DNA from: an uncultured Chloroflexia bacterium
GTDB taxonomy: Bacteria > Chloroflexota > Limnocylindria > Limnocylindrales > CSP1-4
NCBI GenBank assembly: GCA_963819655.1
Contig: CAWFXA010000002.1
Coordinates: 1,664,001 to 1,728,000, forward strand
DNA length: 64,000 nt
Direction: 5' to 3'
The notes under the pieces: model-generated
The model's input: the letters and a program-made list of their open reading frames with translations, nothing else
Told to the model about the DNA's origin: nothing
Databases searched by the model: none
Position numbers and translations under genes: made by a program
Shown: positions 1 to 10,821 of the stretch, piece by piece
Layout: every line of letters starts with the position of its first letter
Position numbering within the stretch: the stretch's first letter is position 1

Positions 1-352
1 GCGACTCAAGGTGGCCGACAACACCGGCGCCCGGAGCATCCAGTGCATCCGGGTGATGGGTCGCTCCCTCAAGACGACGGCGGGCGTCGGCGACGTCATC
101 GTCGCCAGCGTCAAGCAGGCGATCCCCAACGCCGCCGTCAAGAAGGGCGACGTCGTGCGTGCCGTGATCGTCCGCACCAACAAGGAATACGGTCGCGCCG
201 ACGGGAGCTACATCCGCTTCGACGAGAACGCCGCGGTCCTTATCAACAACCAGGGCAACCCGCGCGGCACGCGCATCTTCGGACCGGTCGCCCGTGAGCT
301 GCGGGACAGGAACTACATGAAGATCGTGTCCCTCGCCCCGGAGGTGCTGTGA
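1..352 (+). CDS. rplN: 50S ribosomal protein L14 (5' truncated by window edge)
   Basis: VADNTGA...RFDENAAV...[13 protein letters not shown]...IVSLAPEVL signature. Confidence 0.98.
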   Translation, partial: RLKVADNTGARSIQCIRVMGRSLKTTAGVGDVIVASVKQAIPNAAVKKGDVVRAVIVRTNKEYGRADGSYIRFDENAAVLINNQGNPRGTRIFGPVARELRDRNYMKIVSLAPEVL

Positions 353-792
353 TGGCCGTCCGGACAGTCGTCCCCAAGGCACCCAAGGTGCCTGAGATCC
401 GCAAGGGCGACACCGTCGTGGTCCTGTCCGGCAGGGATGCCGGCAAGCGTGGCACGGTGGAGCGCGTGATCCGCCGCCAGGCGGCGCCGCGCGGTGGCCG
501 GAGCGTCTTCCGGCGCGGCTCGGCCGCAGGTGGCGTGAGCGTCGTCGTCGAGGGCGTGAACATCGCCAAGCGCCATACGAAGGCCCGCCAGACGTCGAGC
601 TCGACCGATCGCATGCCCAAGATCCAGCAGGGCGGCATCCTCGAGATCGCCCAGCCGCTGCCGATCGGCAAGGTCATGGTCGTGTGCGGCAGCTGTGGCA
701 AGCCGACCCGCATCAGCCACCGCACGCTCGACAACGGTCGACGGGTCCGGGTCTGCAAGAACTGCGGCGAGCAGCTCGAGGTGAAGGCATGA
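352..792 (+). CDS. rplX: 50S ribosomal protein L24
   Basis: KOW motif [26 protein letters not shown]; position after rplN. Confidence 0.96.
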   Translation: MAVRTVVPKAPKVPEIRKGDTVVVLSGRDAGKRGTVERVIRRQAAPRGGRSVFRRGSAAGGVSVVVEGVNIAKRHTKARQTSSSTDRMPKIQQGGILEIAQPLPIGKVMVVCGSCGKPTRISHRTLDNGRRVRVCKNCGEQLEVKA

Positions 793-1514
793 CCAGCCGC
801 CTCCGCGAGCGCTATGCGGCCGAGGTCGTGCCGGCGCTGCAGAAGCAGTTCGAGTACCACAACCCCAACCAGGTGCCGCGTCTGTCCAAGATCGTGGTCA
901 ACATCGGTCTCGGCGAGGCGCTCACCAACGCCAAGGCGCTCGACGCCGCGCTCGGCGACCTGAGCACGATCACCGGCCAGAGGCCGATCGTGACGAAGGC
1001 CAAGCGCTCGATCGCCCAGTTCCGTCTCCGGACCGGCAACTCGATCGGTGCCAAGGTGACCCTCCGCGGCGAGCGGATGTGGGACTTCCTGGACCGGTTG
1101 ACGACATTGGCCCTGCCACGCATCCGCGACTTCCGGGGCGTGCCCGGGAAGTCGTTCGATGGCCGGGGCAACTATTCGCTCGGGATGCGCGAGCAGCTCG
1201 CGTTCCCCGAGATCGACTACGACAAGGTGGACCGTCTCCGCGGGCTGGAGATCAGCATCGTGACGACGGCGAAGACCGACGAGGAATCGAAGAAGCTCCT
1301 CGAGCTCCTCGGCATGCCCTTCGCTCATGGCGTCCGCGATGTTCGCTTGCATCTCATCCGCTCGGACGGCCCCGGCCTGCGTGGTGCCTCCGCGCGTTCA
1401 CTCACGCACACTCCGAGTGCGCCTCGTGCTCGGCACCGCCTTGGCCGGAGGTCGCCCACGCGGCGATCTGCGGCGCCTTTCGGGATCGGCTCAGGCGAGG
1501 AGAAACATGGCTAA
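789..1514 (+). CDS. rplE: 50S ribosomal protein L5, reading on for about 60 extra codons past the usual GMPF end
   Basis: [38 protein letters not shown] motifs; ATG at 789 overlaps rplX stop; first in-frame stop at 1512-1514. Confidence 0.95.
   Translation: MTSRLRERYAAEVVPALQKQFEYHNPNQVPRLSKIVVNIGLGEALTNAKALDAALGDLSTITGQRPIVTKAKRSIAQFRLRTGNSIGAKVTLRGERMWDFLDRLTTLALPRIRDFRGVPGKSFDGRGNYSLGMREQLAFPEIDYDKVDRLRGLEISIVTTAKTDEESKKLLELLGMPFAHGVRDVRLHLIRSDGPGLRGASARSLTHTPSAPRARHRLGRRSPTRRSAAPFGIGSGEEKHG
1372..1448 (+). repeat. Palindromic repeat family A, copy 1 (inside rplE extension)
   Basis: ccggcc-tgcgt-ggtgcc...ctcacgcac...gtgcgc...tgctc-ggcacc-gcctt-ggccgg; same skeleton as copies at 5956, 10822 and 12607. 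Confidence 0.8.
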
Positions 1515-1692
1515 GAAGTCGATGATCGCCAAGGCGGCGCGCAAGCCCAAGCACAAGGTGCAGGCGTACCACCGCTGTTTCGTGTGCGGGCGACCGCGCG
1601 CCTTCATGCGACGGTTCGCGCTGTGCCGCATCTGCTTCCGGGAGCGAGCGCTCCTGGGCGAGCTGCCCGGCGTCACGAAGTCGAGCTGGTAG
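1507..1692 (+). CDS. rpsN: 30S ribosomal protein S14, zinc-binding type Z (61 aa)
   Basis: RCFVCGRPR...LCRICFRE...PGVTKSSW; RBS gagga upstream. Confidence 0.97.
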   Translation: MAKKSMIAKAARKPKHKVQAYHRCFVCGRPRAFMRRFALCRICFRERALLGELPGVTKSSW

Positions 1693-1700
1693 GAACACCG

Positions 1701-2099
1701 ATGAACATCTCCGACCCGATCGCGGACATGCTCACGCGCGTTCGAAACGCGTCACGGGCGCGCCACACCGATGTTGTCGTGCCGGCGTCGCGCACGAAGC
1801 GCGAGATCGCCCGCATCCTCAAGGATGAGGGCTTCATCGCCGACGTCCAGGAGGAGCAGGCCGGGCCCGCCGCGGTCCTGCGCCTGACCCTCAAGTACGT
1901 CGATGGGAAGGCCCCCGTCGTGTCAGGCCTCAAGCGCATCAGCAAGCCCGGCCTGCGTGTCTACGCACGCAAGACGGACATCCCGCGGGTGCTCGGCGGC
2001 CTGGGCATCGTCATCGTCAGCACGAGCCAGGGCATCATGACCGGCCAGCAGGCGCGCCAGGCGCAGCTGGGCGGCGAAGTCCTCGCGTACGTCTGGTAG
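1701..2099 (+). CDS. rpsH: 30S ribosomal protein S8
   Basis: [30 protein letters not shown]. Confidence 0.98.
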   Translation: MNISDPIADMLTRVRNASRARHTDVVVPASRTKREIARILKDEGFIADVQEEQAGPAAVLRLTLKYVDGKAPVVSGLKRISKPGLRVYARKTDIPRVLGGLGIVIVSTSQGIMTGQQARQAQLGGEVLAYVW

Positions 2100-2108
2100 G
2101 CGGGCACG

Positions 2109-2660
2109 ATGTCGCGTATCGGACGATTGCCGATCACCGTTCCGTCTGGCGTCGATGTGACGATCGCGGGGCGGGAGGTCACGATCAAGGGGCCCAAGGG
2201 CACCCTGAGCAGGTCCCTGCACCCGGACATGTCCGTGAAGCAGGAGGACGGCTCGATCCTCGTGACCCGGCCGACCGAGCAGAAGACCCACAAGCAGCTC
2301 CACGGCCTGACGCGGACCTTGGTGAACAACATGGTCGTCGGTGTGACCGACGGCTACCGCAAGGGGCTCGAGATCACCGGTGTGGGCTATCGCGCCGCAC
2401 TGAGCGGCAGGAAGCTCACGCTCAACCTCGGCTACAGCCACCCGATCGAGATCGACCCGCCCGAGGGCATCAGCTTCGAGCTCGAGAACCCGACCCGCCT
2501 GGCGGTGATCGGCATCGACAAGGAGCTGGTCGGCCAGGTCGCCGCGCAGGTGCGCGCGACGCGCAAGCCGGAGCCGTACAAGGGCAAGGGCGTGCGCTAC
2601 GCCGGTGAGCAGGTCCGCCGCAAGGCGGGCAAGGCCGGCAAGATCGGCGCCAAGAAGTAA
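2109..2660 (+). CDS. rplF: 50S ribosomal protein L6
   Basis: [23 protein letters not shown]. Confidence 0.98.
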   Translation: MSRIGRLPITVPSGVDVTIAGREVTIKGPKGTLSRSLHPDMSVKQEDGSILVTRPTEQKTHKQLHGLTRTLVNNMVVGVTDGYRKGLEITGVGYRAALSGRKLTLNLGYSHPIEIDPPEGISFELENPTRLAVIGIDKELVGQVAAQVRATRKPEPYKGKGVRYAGEQVRRKAGKAGKIGAKK

Positions 2661-2688
2661 AGCCGAACCACACGAAGGATCGACGACT

Positions 2689-3051
2689 ATGACGCAGCTC
2701 GCCAGCCGAGGCGCCGCCCGACGCAAGCGCCACGACCGGATCCGCCTCTCGATGGCGGGCTCGGCCGGGCGGCCGCGTCTGGCCGTTTTCCGCAGCCTCA
2801 ACCACATCTACGCGCAGGTCATCGACGACGCGTCCGGCAAGACGCTCGTCGCCGCCTCGACGCTGGAGAAGGAGCTTCGCGGCTCCAAGTCCAGCAAGGC
2901 GGAGGAGGCCGCCACCGTCGGCCGCCTGGTCGCCGAACGGGCGAAGGCGGCGGGGGTCGAGCGCGTGGTCTTCGATCGAGCCGGGTTCCGGTACCACGGG
3001 CGCATCAAGTCGCTCGCCGATGCCGCCCGCGAGGCCGGTCTCGACTTCTGA
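2689..3051 (+). CDS. rplR: 50S ribosomal protein L18
   Basis: [39 protein letters not shown]. Confidence 0.97.
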   Translation: MTQLASRGAARRKRHDRIRLSMAGSAGRPRLAVFRSLNHIYAQVIDDASGKTLVAASTLEKELRGSKSSKAEEAATVGRLVAERAKAAGVERVVFDRAGFRYHGRIKSLADAAREAGLDF

Positions 3052-3063
3052 TCCGGAGGAACC

Positions 3064-3600
3064 ATGGCACGTATCGACCCGAACAAGCTCGCGCTCGAGG
3101 AGCGCGTGGTCCAGATCAACCGAGTAGCCAAGGTCGTCAAGGGCGGCCGCCGCTTCAGCTTCAGCGCGGTCGTCGTCGTCGGTGACGGCGCCGGTCACGT
3201 CGGCGCGGGCCTCGGCAAGGCCGGTGAGGTCCCAGAGGCGATCCGCAAGGGCGTCGAGGACGCCAAGAAGAACATCATCAAGATCCCGATGGTCGGCACG
3301 ACGATCCCCCACGAGGTCAGGGTCGAGTTCGGCGCCAGCCGGGTCATGCTCAAGCCGGCGTCGCAAGGCACTGGCGTCATCGCCGGCGGCTCCGTGCGCG
3401 CGATCCTCGAGGCGGCCGGGGTCCGGGACATCCTCTCCAAGATCTACGGATCGACCAACCCGGTGAACGTCACCCGCGCGACCATCGAGGCGCTGCGCGA
3501 GCTGCATTCCGCCGAGGAGCTGTCGGCACGTCGAGGCGTGAGGCTCGTCAGCCACATCTCAGGCCAGCCGGCGCCCGTCATGGAGGGCGTCGATGGCTAG
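3064..3600 (+). CDS. rpsE: 30S ribosomal protein S5
   Basis: [24 protein letters not shown]. Confidence 0.98.
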   Translation: MARIDPNKLALEERVVQINRVAKVVKGGRRFSFSAVVVVGDGAGHVGAGLGKAGEVPEAIRKGVEDAKKNIIKIPMVGTTIPHEVRVEFGASRVMLKPASQGTGVIAGGSVRAILEAAGVRDILSKIYGSTNPVNVTRATIEALRELHSAEELSARRGVRLVSHISGQPAPVMEGVDG

Positions 3601-3919
3601 GTTGCGCATCACCCAGACCAGGTCGACGATCAGCCACATCGCCCGCAACCGGGCCACGATCAAGGCCCTCGGCCTGCACGGCATCGGCAGCACGACCGAA
3701 GTCCCGGACAACGACGCTATCCGGGGCATGGTTCGACAGGTCCGTTTCCTCGTCTCGGTCGACGAGATCAGCGACGGCGCCGGCACGTCCGGCTCGCGCA
3801 GCCGAGCGGGCGGCCGCTCCGAGGCCCGAGGCTCCGCGGGAGGCCGCTCCGAGGCCCGAGGCTCCGCTCCCGCGAGCCATCGGTCCGAGGATTCCGAGGA
3901 TTCCGAGGAGAAGGAATGA
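3593..3919 (+). CDS. rpmD: 50S ribosomal protein L30 with repeat-derived C-terminal extension
   Basis: First ~58 aa are L30-like ([20 protein letters not shown]); position between rpsE and rplO; remaining ~50 aa are repetitive. Confidence 0.93.
   Translation: MARLRITQTRSTISHIARNRATIKALGLHGIGSTTEVPDNDAIRGMVRQVRFLVSVDEISDGAGTSGSRSRAGGRSEARGSAGGRSEARGSAPASHRSEDSEDSEEKE
3806..3909 (+). repeat. 30-bp tandem duplication overlapping repeat family B copy 1 (3847-3894), inside rpmD
   Basis: gcggg(c/a)ggccgctccgaggcccgaggctcc x2, then cccgcgagccatcggtccgaggattc and a repeated ccgaggatt. Confidence 0.85.
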
Positions 3920-4656
3920 AGCTCCACGATCTGCGCCCCGCCGAGGGTTCGCGCAAAGAGCGCACTCGGGTCGGCCGCGGCATCGCGGCAGGGAAGGGCA
4001 AGACCGCGGGCCGCGGAACCAAGGGTCAGAAGGCGCGCGCCGGCGGCTCGATCCCGCCCTGGTTCGAAGGCGGCCAGACGCCGCTGCACGTGCGCATCCC
4101 CAAGCTGCGCGGCTTCAAGAACCCATTCAAGGTCCAGTACGAGGTCGTGAACGTCGGCGACATCGCGGCGGCGGTCGAGCGCGGCGCTCTCGAGGCCGAA
4201 GCTCCGCCGAAGGCCAAAGGTCAGGCGAAGGCCGGTGGCCAGATCACGGTCAACCAGGACATCCTGCGCGCCGTCGGGCTCGTGCGCAGTCTGAACAAGC
4301 CTCTCAAGATCCTCGGTTCCGGCGAGCTCGGTGCGCCGCTGTTCGTCGTGGCCGACGCGTTCACGGCGTCGGCGCGCTCGAAGATCGAAGCGGCGGGGGG
4401 CACGGTCTCCGTCCTCGAGGTCCCGACCAAGCCGCTCAAGGCGATCGGGGTCGAGACGACCGACGATGCGCCGCCGTCGGCCGCGGAGCCGAAGCCCGCC
4501 CGACGCCCGAAGTCGAAGGCGACAGCGGAAACCGCCGTCGAGCCGGAGTCCGCGCCCCCATCCGATACGGAGACCGAGGCGGCCGACGCGGCCAGCGGCG
4601 AGACCGCCGACGCAACCACCGACGATGGCGAGTCATCGCCCAACGACGACGCCTAG
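3916..4656 (+). CDS. rplO: 50S ribosomal protein L15 with acidic low-complexity C-terminal tail
   Basis: [35 protein letters not shown]. Confidence 0.97.
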   Translation: MKLHDLRPAEGSRKERTRVGRGIAAGKGKTAGRGTKGQKARAGGSIPPWFEGGQTPLHVRIPKLRGFKNPFKVQYEVVNVGDIAAAVERGALEAEAPPKAKGQAKAGGQITVNQDILRAVGLVRSLNKPLKILGSGELGAPLFVVADAFTASARSKIEAAGGTVSVLEVPTKPLKAIGVETTDDAPPSAAEPKPARRPKSKATAETAVEPESAPPSDTETEAADAASGETADATTDDGESSPNDDA

Positions 4657-4662
4657 CCGCCC

Positions 4663-5943
4663 GTGTTCGAATCCCTGCTGAACGCCTTCCGGGCGCCGGA
4701 CATCCGGCGCCGGATCCTGGTCGTCCTCGGCCTGCTCATCGTGTTCCGGTTCCTGGCTGCTGTGCCGGTGCCGGGCATCAACCGCGATCAGCTCGCCACT
4801 TTCCTCGAGGGCAACCCGATCTTCGGGCTGCTGAACCTGTTCTCGGGCGGCGGGTTGTCGAACTTCTCGGTCGTGGCATTGGGCTTGAACCCCTACATCA
4901 ACGCGTCGATCATCATGCAGTTGATGCAGGGCGTCGTGCCCTCGCTCCAGGCGCTCAGCCGCGAAGGTGAATACGGGCGCAACAAGATCACCCAGTACAC
5001 GCGCTACCTGTCGGTGCCGCTGGCGCTGCTGCAGGCATACGGGTTCCTGGCCCTGCTCAACAACAGCAATGTGCTGATCGGCGGCTTCGACCTCGGCAGC
5101 TTCGACACCCTCACCCAGATCGCCACGCTGACCGCCGGCTCGGTCGCCCTGATGTGGATCGGCGAGCTCATCACCGAGCGCGGCATCGGCAACGGCATCA
5201 GCTTCATCATCTTCGCCGGGATCGTGAGCCAGGCGCCGACGGCGATCGGCGCGTTCACGCAGAACCCGAACATCGCCGCGCTCATCGCCTTCGCCCTGGT
5301 GGCGATCGCCGCTGTCGCCGTGATCATCTACATCCAGGAGGGCCAGCGCCGCATCCCGGTCCAGTACGCCAGCCGCGTCCGCGGCCGGCGGATGTACCAG
5401 GGTGGCCAGACATTCCTGCCACTCCGCGTCAACCAGGCAGGCGTCATCCCGATCATCTTCGCCGTCAGCATCCTGCTCTTCCCGGTGCAGCTCGCGTCGT
5501 ACTTCACGGCGTCCGAGATCCCGATCGTCAAGAGCATCGCCGACGGGATCGTCTTCCTGCTCAACCCGACGTCCGCCTTGTACATCGTCCTGTACTTCCT
5601 GCTCACGGTCGGCTTCACGTACTTCTACACGGCGTTCACGTTCAAGCCCGATGAGACGGCCGAGCAGCTGCGCAAGAACGGCGGGTTCATCCCGGGCATC
5701 CGGCCGGGGCGCCCGACGCAGGACTACCTTGCCCGCGTCGTGTCCCGCATCACGTTCGCCGGGGCGATGTTCCTGGCCATCGTCGCGGTGTCGCCGACGA
5801 TCGTCGGCGCGGCGTTCCCGGACCTCGGGGCGATCGGCCTCGGCGGGACGAGCCTGCTGATCGTCGTGTCGGTCGTGGTCGAGACGATGAAACAGATCGA
5901 GGCGCAGTTGATGATGCGCAACTACGAGGGATTTATCCGATGA
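4663..5943 (+). CDS. secY: Preprotein translocase subunit SecY
   Basis: Multi-TM; PYINASII, GIGNGIS, GVIPIIFA, IPGIRPG, GGTSLLIVV. Confidence 0.99.
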   Translation: MFESLLNAFRAPDIRRRILVVLGLLIVFRFLAAVPVPGINRDQLATFLEGNPIFGLLNLFSGGGLSNFSVVALGLNPYINASIIMQLMQGVVPSLQALSREGEYGRNKITQYTRYLSVPLALLQAYGFLALLNNSNVLIGGFDLGSFDTLTQIATLTAGSVALMWIGELITERGIGNGISFIIFAGIVSQAPTAIGAFTQNPNIAALIAFALVAIAAVAVIIYIQEGQRRIPVQYASRVRGRRMYQGGQTFLPLRVNQAGVIPIIFAVSILLFPVQLASYFTASEIPIVKSIADGIVFLLNPTSALYIVLYFLLTVGFTYFYTAFTFKPDETAEQLRKNGGFIPGIRPGRPTQDYLARVVSRITFAGAMFLAIVAVSPTIVGAAFPDLGAIGLGGTSLLIVVSVVVETMKQIEAQLMMRNYEGFIR

Positions 5944-5955
5944 CGTCCCCCGCCC

Positions 5956-6100
5956 TGGTGGCGCATCCCCGCGTTGCAATCTGCGGGCGGTCGCTCACGC
6001 ACACCGCCCCGAGGTCTGAGGCGACGCCCCGCGAGCCATCAGCCCGAGGGTTCGTAGCGCTCGCTCCTGTCCTCGATTGCGCCGTGGCCTGCGCTCACCA
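5956..6100 (+). repeat. Repeat family A copy 2 with family B copy 2 (6006-6053) nested in its central loop
   Basis: gcgttgcaatc...cgctcacgcacacc[gccccgaggtctgaggcgacgccccgcgagccatcagcccgagggttc]gtagcgctcg...gattgcgcc. Confidence 0.8.
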
Positions 6101-6131
6101 TCGCCGGTGACGAGGTTGCGCAAGAACGGCG

Positions 6132-6800
6132 ATGACGGTCGTGGTGCTCCTCGGTGCGCCGGGAGCAGGCAAGGGGACGCAGGCCGAACTGCTCGCGGAG
6201 CGGCTTGGCATCCCGCACGTCGCGACCGGTGACCTCTTCAGGGCAGCGGTGCGCGATGGCTCCCCGATCGGCCTCGAGGCGCGCCGGTTCATGGAGCGCG
6301 GTCAGCTCGTGCCCGACGACATCACGATCCGGATGTTGCTCGACCGCCTCGACCAGCCCGATGCCGCGGACGGGGCGATCCTTGACGGGTTCCCGCGCAC
6401 CGGCGCGCAGGCGTTCGCGCTCGACGAGGCCCTGCGCGAGCGGGGCGATCAGGTCGATCTCGCAGTCGATATCGAGGTCCCGGTCGACGAGCTCATCGGG
6501 CGCATGTCCGGCCGCTGGGTCTGCGAGGAGTCCGGGCACGTCTACAACGAGTCGACGAACCCGCCGCAGGTCCCCGGTGTGTGCGACATCGATGGATCGC
6601 CCCTCATCCAGCGCGAGGATGACAAGGCCGACACGATCCGTGCGCGAATGGACACCCAGCTGGTCAGCCTTCGCGAGGTCATCGACCACTACCGACGAAC
6701 GGGGGTCCTGCGCTCAGTCGACGGTCTCCGGCCGATCGACACTGTCGCCGACGACGTCCTCGCGGTCGTGCGGGACGAGCCGAAGGGCACGGGCGTCTGA
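6132..6800 (+). CDS. adk: Adenylate kinase
   Basis: P-loop GAPGAGKGTQ, TGDLFR, LDGFPRT, QREDD. Confidence 0.98.
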   Translation: MTVVVLLGAPGAGKGTQAELLAERLGIPHVATGDLFRAAVRDGSPIGLEARRFMERGQLVPDDITIRMLLDRLDQPDAADGAILDGFPRTGAQAFALDEALRERGDQVDLAVDIEVPVDELIGRMSGRWVCEESGHVYNESTNPPQVPGVCDIDGSPLIQREDDKADTIRARMDTQLVSLREVIDHYRRTGVLRSVDGLRPIDTVADDVLAVVRDEPKGTGV

Positions 6801-6801
6801 G

Positions 6802-7566
6802 GTGGTCACGCGCAAGTCCCGCGCCGAGATCGCGCGCATGCGCCAGGCCGGGCGCGTGGTCGCCGAGGTCCTCGCGCTCGTCGAGAGCGAGCTCAAGCCG
6901 GGCATCACGACCGCACACCTCGACCGGCTGGCCGAGGCGCATATCCGTGCCGCCGGCGCGACCCCGTCCTTCAAGGGCTATCCCGGGATCAACCCGCGCC
7001 GGCCGTTTCCGGGCAGCCTGTGCATCTCGCTCGATGACGAGATCGTCCACGGGATCCCCGGGGAGCGGATGATCCGCGATGGCCAGATCGTGTCGGTCGA
7101 TGCCGGGGCGATCATCGAGGGCTGGCATGGCGACGGCGCCCGGACGTTCTTCGTCGGCGTCCCGCCGGAGCCCGTCCGGCGCCTGATCGAAGCGACCCAG
7201 GAGGCGATGATGGCCGGTATCGCGGCTGCGGTCCCGGGCAACCATATCGAGGACATCTCGGCTGCGGTCGAGGACGTCGCCAGGCCGTACGGGTTCGGGA
7301 TCATCCGCCAGTTCGTCGGTCACGGGATCGGCACCGAGATGCACGAGGAGCCGCAGGTCCCCAACTATCGGACGGGCCGTCGCGGGCGCAAGCTCGAGCC
7401 CGGCCTGTGCCTCGCCATCGAGCCCATGTTCACACTCGGCGACTATCGCGCACACGTCCTCGACGACGACTGGACGGTCTCGACCGTCGACGGCTCACTG
7501 GCCGCCCACTTCGAGCATTCGATCGCGATCACGGAAGCCGGGCCGGAGATCCTGACCAATGTCTGA
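6802..7566 (+). CDS. map: Type I methionine aminopeptidase
   Basis: IVHGIP, WHGDGART, GHGIG...HEEP, AIEPM, AHFEH; GTG start after adk stop. Confidence 0.97.
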   Translation: MVTRKSRAEIARMRQAGRVVAEVLALVESELKPGITTAHLDRLAEAHIRAAGATPSFKGYPGINPRRPFPGSLCISLDDEIVHGIPGERMIRDGQIVSVDAGAIIEGWHGDGARTFFVGVPPEPVRRLIEATQEAMMAGIAAAVPGNHIEDISAAVEDVARPYGFGIIRQFVGHGIGTEMHEEPQVPNYRTGRRGRKLEPGLCLAIEPMFTLGDYRAHVLDDDWTVSTVDGSLAAHFEHSIAITEAGPEILTNV

Positions 7567-7670
7567 GGCCCTGGCGGTTGCCTCGAACGGCGACTTTTGA
7601 TACGCTACGCGTTCGTGTGTCGGTCCGTCCGGGCCGGCACTCCCCATGAGAGAGGGAAGCACACCAGCCT

Positions 7671-7889
7671 GTGGCCAAGAAGGATGCGATCGAAGTGGAG
7701 GGAACGGTGATCGAGCCGCTACCCAACACGATGTTCGCTGTGGAGCTCGAGAATGGCCACCGGGTGCTCGCCCATATCAGCGGCAAGCTACGGATGAACT
7801 TCATCCGCATCCTGCCGGGTGACCGGGTCCGCGTCGAACTGTCGCCGTACGACCTCACCCGTGGCCGCATCACCTACCGACTCAAGTAA
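7671..7889 (+). CDS. infA: Translation initiation factor IF-1
   Basis: 72 aa; [35 protein letters not shown]. Confidence 0.99.
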   Translation: MAKKDAIEVEGTVIEPLPNTMFAVELENGHRVLAHISGKLRMNFIRILPGDRVRVELSPYDLTRGRITYRLK

Positions 7890-7923
7890 CAAGACACGCA
7901 CGAAACACACGATCGAGGATCCG

Positions 7924-8037
7924 TTGAAGGTCAGAGCTTCCGTTAAGGCGCGCTGCGATAACTGCAAGGTCATCCGGCGCCATGGCACGGTGATGGTCAT
8001 CTGCAGCAATCCCAAGCACAAGCAGCGGCAGGGGTAA
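7924..8037 (+). CDS. rpmJ: 50S ribosomal protein L36
   Basis: TTG start; MKVRASVK..CDNC...[13 protein letters not shown], 37 aa. Confidence 0.97.
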   Translation: MKVRASVKARCDNCKVIRRHGTVMVICSNPKHKQRQG

Positions 8038-8040
8038 CCG

Positions 8041-8412
8041 ATGGCACGTATCGCTGGTGTCGATATCCCGCGCGAAAAGCGCGTCGAGATCGCGCTCACG
8101 TACGTCTATGGCATCGGCCTGCCCACGAGCCAGAAGATCCTCACCCAGACGAACATCAACCCGGACACGCGTGTCCGCGACCTCACTGAGGAGCAGGTCA
8201 ACCGCCTGCGGGAGCTGATCGATCGCCGCTACAAGGTGGAGGGTGACCTGCGCCGCGAGACGGCGCTCAACATCAAGCGCCTCATCGAGATCGGCTCGTA
8301 CCGCGGCGTCCGCCACCGGCGCAACCTGCCCGTCCGCGGCCAGCGCACCAAGACCAACGCTCGCCAGCGACGCGGACCGAAGAAGACGGTCGGCATCCGG
8401 CGCAAGAAGTGA
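8041..8412 (+). CDS. rpsM: 30S ribosomal protein S13
   Basis: [23 protein letters not shown]. Confidence 0.99.
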   Translation: MARIAGVDIPREKRVEIALTYVYGIGLPTSQKILTQTNINPDTRVRDLTEEQVNRLRELIDRRYKVEGDLRRETALNIKRLIEIGSYRGVRHRRNLPVRGQRTKTNARQRRGPKKTVGIRRKK

Positions 8413-8429
8413 CGAGGGACTGACCAGGC

Positions 8430-8825
8430 ATGGCGGAGCGCAAGAAAGCGGTCAAGCAGCGTCGGCGGGAGAAGAAGAACGTCCCCCAGGGGCACGTCCA
8501 CATCCAGGCCACGTTCAATAACACGATCATCACGATCACCGACCTCAACGGCGCGGTCATCAGCTGGGGCTCGGCCGGCGTGGCCGGTTTCAAGGGCTCC
8601 CGGAAGAGCACGCCCTATGCGGCAGCCCTGTCGGCTGACGGCGCGGCGAAGCGTGCGATGGAGCACGGCATGCGCCAGGTCGAGGTCTACGTGAAGGGCC
8701 CGGGCGCCGGCCGCGAGCAGGCAATCCGCTCCCTGCAGGCCGCCGGCCTCGAGGTCAGCGCCATCACAGACGTCACTCCAATCCCGCATAACGGTTGCCG
8801 CCCCCCCAAGCGGCGCCGCGTCTAG
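8430..8825 (+). CDS. rpsK: 30S ribosomal protein S11
   Basis: [31 protein letters not shown]. Confidence 0.99.
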   Translation: MAERKKAVKQRRREKKNVPQGHVHIQATFNNTIITITDLNGAVISWGSAGVAGFKGSRKSTPYAAALSADGAAKRAMEHGMRQVEVYVKGPGAGREQAIRSLQAAGLEVSAITDVTPIPHNGCRPPKRRRV

Positions 8826-8836
8826 CCCGGAGTTCC

Positions 8837-9463
8837 ATGGCTCGTTACACCGATTCCGTTTGCCGGATCTGCCGGCGCGAGGGCGCCAAGCTCTTCCTGA
8901 AGGGCTCGCGTTGCTATACCAAGAAATGCGCATTCGAGCGGCGGCCGTCGCCTCCCGGCCAGCACGGCGTCCGCCGTCGCAAGGTCGGTGAGTACGGCCT
9001 GCAGCTGCGCGAGAAGCAGAAGGTTCGCAAGACCTACGGCGTTCTCGAGCGGCAGTTCCGCAACTATTTCATCGCTGCCGAGAACCGGCCTGGCGTGACC
9101 GGCGAGAACCTGCTCCGGTCGCTCGAGATGCGCCTGGACAACGTCGTGTACCGGGCTGGCTTCGCTCCGTCCCGCGCCGCCGCCCGCCAGCTGGTCACGC
9201 ACGGCCATTTCGCGGTGAACGGTGTCCCGACCAACATCCCGTCGTACCAGGTCAAGCCGGGCGAGAAGATCGAGGTTCGAGAGACCCGTCGCGCCCGTGA
9301 GCCGTTCAAGGTGGTCAAGGAGACGCTCCGCAACCACCAGGCGCCGCAATGGCTGTCCATCGATGCCGGCACGCTGTCCGGCTCCGTCGTCACGCCGCCC
9401 AGCCGCGACCAGATGCCGCTCGATCTCAACGAGCAGCTCGTGGTCGAGTACTACTCGAGGTAA
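8837..9463 (+). CDS. rpsD: 30S ribosomal protein S4 (Cys-containing N-terminus)
   Basis: [32 protein letters not shown]. Confidence 0.98.
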   Translation: MARYTDSVCRICRREGAKLFLKGSRCYTKKCAFERRPSPPGQHGVRRRKVGEYGLQLREKQKVRKTYGVLERQFRNYFIAAENRPGVTGENLLRSLEMRLDNVVYRAGFAPSRAAARQLVTHGHFAVNGVPTNIPSYQVKPGEKIEVRETRRAREPFKVVKETLRNHQAPQWLSIDAGTLSGSVVTPPSRDQMPLDLNEQLVVEYYSR

Positions 9464-9472
9464 CTGGCCCAC

Positions 9473-10462
9473 ATGATCGAACTCGAGAACCCGCAGATCG
9501 AGCCCGTCGAGGAAGTCGGCACGTACGCGAAGTACGAGGCCGGTCCTCTCCAGGCCGGGTACGGCGTGACCCTCGGCAATGCGCTGCGGCGCGTCCTGCT
9601 GTCGTCCCTCGAAGGCGCGGCGGTCACAAGCATCCAGATCCGCGACGTCTACCAGGAGTTCTCCACGATCCCCGGCGTCAAGGAAGACGTCACGCAGATC
9701 GTCCTGAACGTCAAGAAGCTTCGCCTCAAGAGCTTCGCCGCGCACCCCGTCCAGCTCCGGCTCATCAAGAGCGGTGCCGGTGCGGTGACCGCTGCCGACA
9801 TCGCCGAGTCCGCCGACGTCGAGATCATCAACCAGGACCTCGTCCTCATGACGATCGATACCGACGACGTGACGATCGAGATGGACCTGACCGTCGAGCG
9901 CGGCGTCGGCTACCTCGGTGCCGAGCGGGCCGAGGCGCTGCCGATCGGCGTGATCGCGGTCGACGCGATCTTCACGCCGGTCCGCAAGGTCAACTATTGG
10001 GTCGAGAGCATGCGAGTCGGTCAGATGACCAACTTCGACAAGCTCACGATCGAGATCGAGACCGACGGCACCATCGGGCCCGAGGAGGCGCTTAGCCGCT
10101 CGGCCGAGATCCTCGTCAACCAGTTCCGGCCGTTCGTGACGGTCGGCATGGCCGCCGTTCCGGCGGCGGCTGTGACGGGTGTCGCGGCACTCCCGCCGAA
10201 CATGCTCGACATGCCGATCGAGGAGCTCGACCTCCCGATGCGGGCGTACAACTCGCTCAAGCGCAACAACATCGTCAAGGTGGGGCAGCTGCTCCAGCTC
10301 AAGGACGACGACCTCCTGCGCATGCGCAACTTCGGCAAGAAGTCGCTCGACGAGATGAAGGAGCGACTGCGCATGCGCGGCTTCATCGTCCCGGAGACCG
10401 AGGGTGACGGACTCGACGATCTCGACGGTGAGGAGCCGTTCGAGGACGAGCCCGAGGCCTGA
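9473..10462 (+). CDS. rpoA: RNA polymerase alpha subunit
   Basis: GYGVTLGNALRRVLLSS, DAIFTPV.KV, NFGKKSL. Confidence 0.99.
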   Translation: MIELENPQIEPVEEVGTYAKYEAGPLQAGYGVTLGNALRRVLLSSLEGAAVTSIQIRDVYQEFSTIPGVKEDVTQIVLNVKKLRLKSFAAHPVQLRLIKSGAGAVTAADIAESADVEIINQDLVLMTIDTDDVTIEMDLTVERGVGYLGAERAEALPIGVIAVDAIFTPVRKVNYWVESMRVGQMTNFDKLTIEIETDGTIGPEEALSRSAEILVNQFRPFVTVGMAAVPAAAVTGVAALPPNMLDMPIEELDLPMRAYNSLKRNNIVKVGQLLQLKDDDLLRMRNFGKKSLDEMKERLRMRGFIVPETEGDGLDDLDGEEPFEDEPEA

Positions 10463-10465
10463 TCC

Positions 10466-10819
10466 ATGGCCCATCGGATCGGCGGTCGCAAGCTCAGTCG
10501 CAAGACCGGACCGCGCATGAGCCTGTTCAAGAACCTGACCGTGTCGGTCCTGCGCTATGAGCGCGTCAAGACGACCGAGGCCAAGGCCAAGGAGATCAGC
10601 GGGCGCGTCGAAAAGGTCATCACGCTGGCGAAGCGCGGTGACCTGGCGGCACGTCGCGCGGTCGTCGCCCAATTCCCGAACGAGCCGCTCGTCGTGACCA
10701 AGCTGTTCGACGAGATCGCGCCCAAGTACGCCGACCGAACGTCGGGCTTCACCCGCATCGTCCGCATCGGACAACGCCGCGGGGACGCCGCGGAAATCGT
10801 CCAGATCGAATTGGTCTGA
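10466..10819 (+). CDS. rplQ: 50S ribosomal protein L17
   Basis: TTEAKAKE, GFTRI, RRGDAA. Confidence 0.97.
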   Translation: MAHRIGGRKLSRKTGPRMSLFKNLTVSVLRYERVKTTEAKAKEISGRVEKVITLAKRGDLAARRAVVAQFPNEPLVVTKLFDEIAPKYADRTSGFTRIVRIGQRRGDAAEIVQIELV

Positions 10820-10821
10820 TG

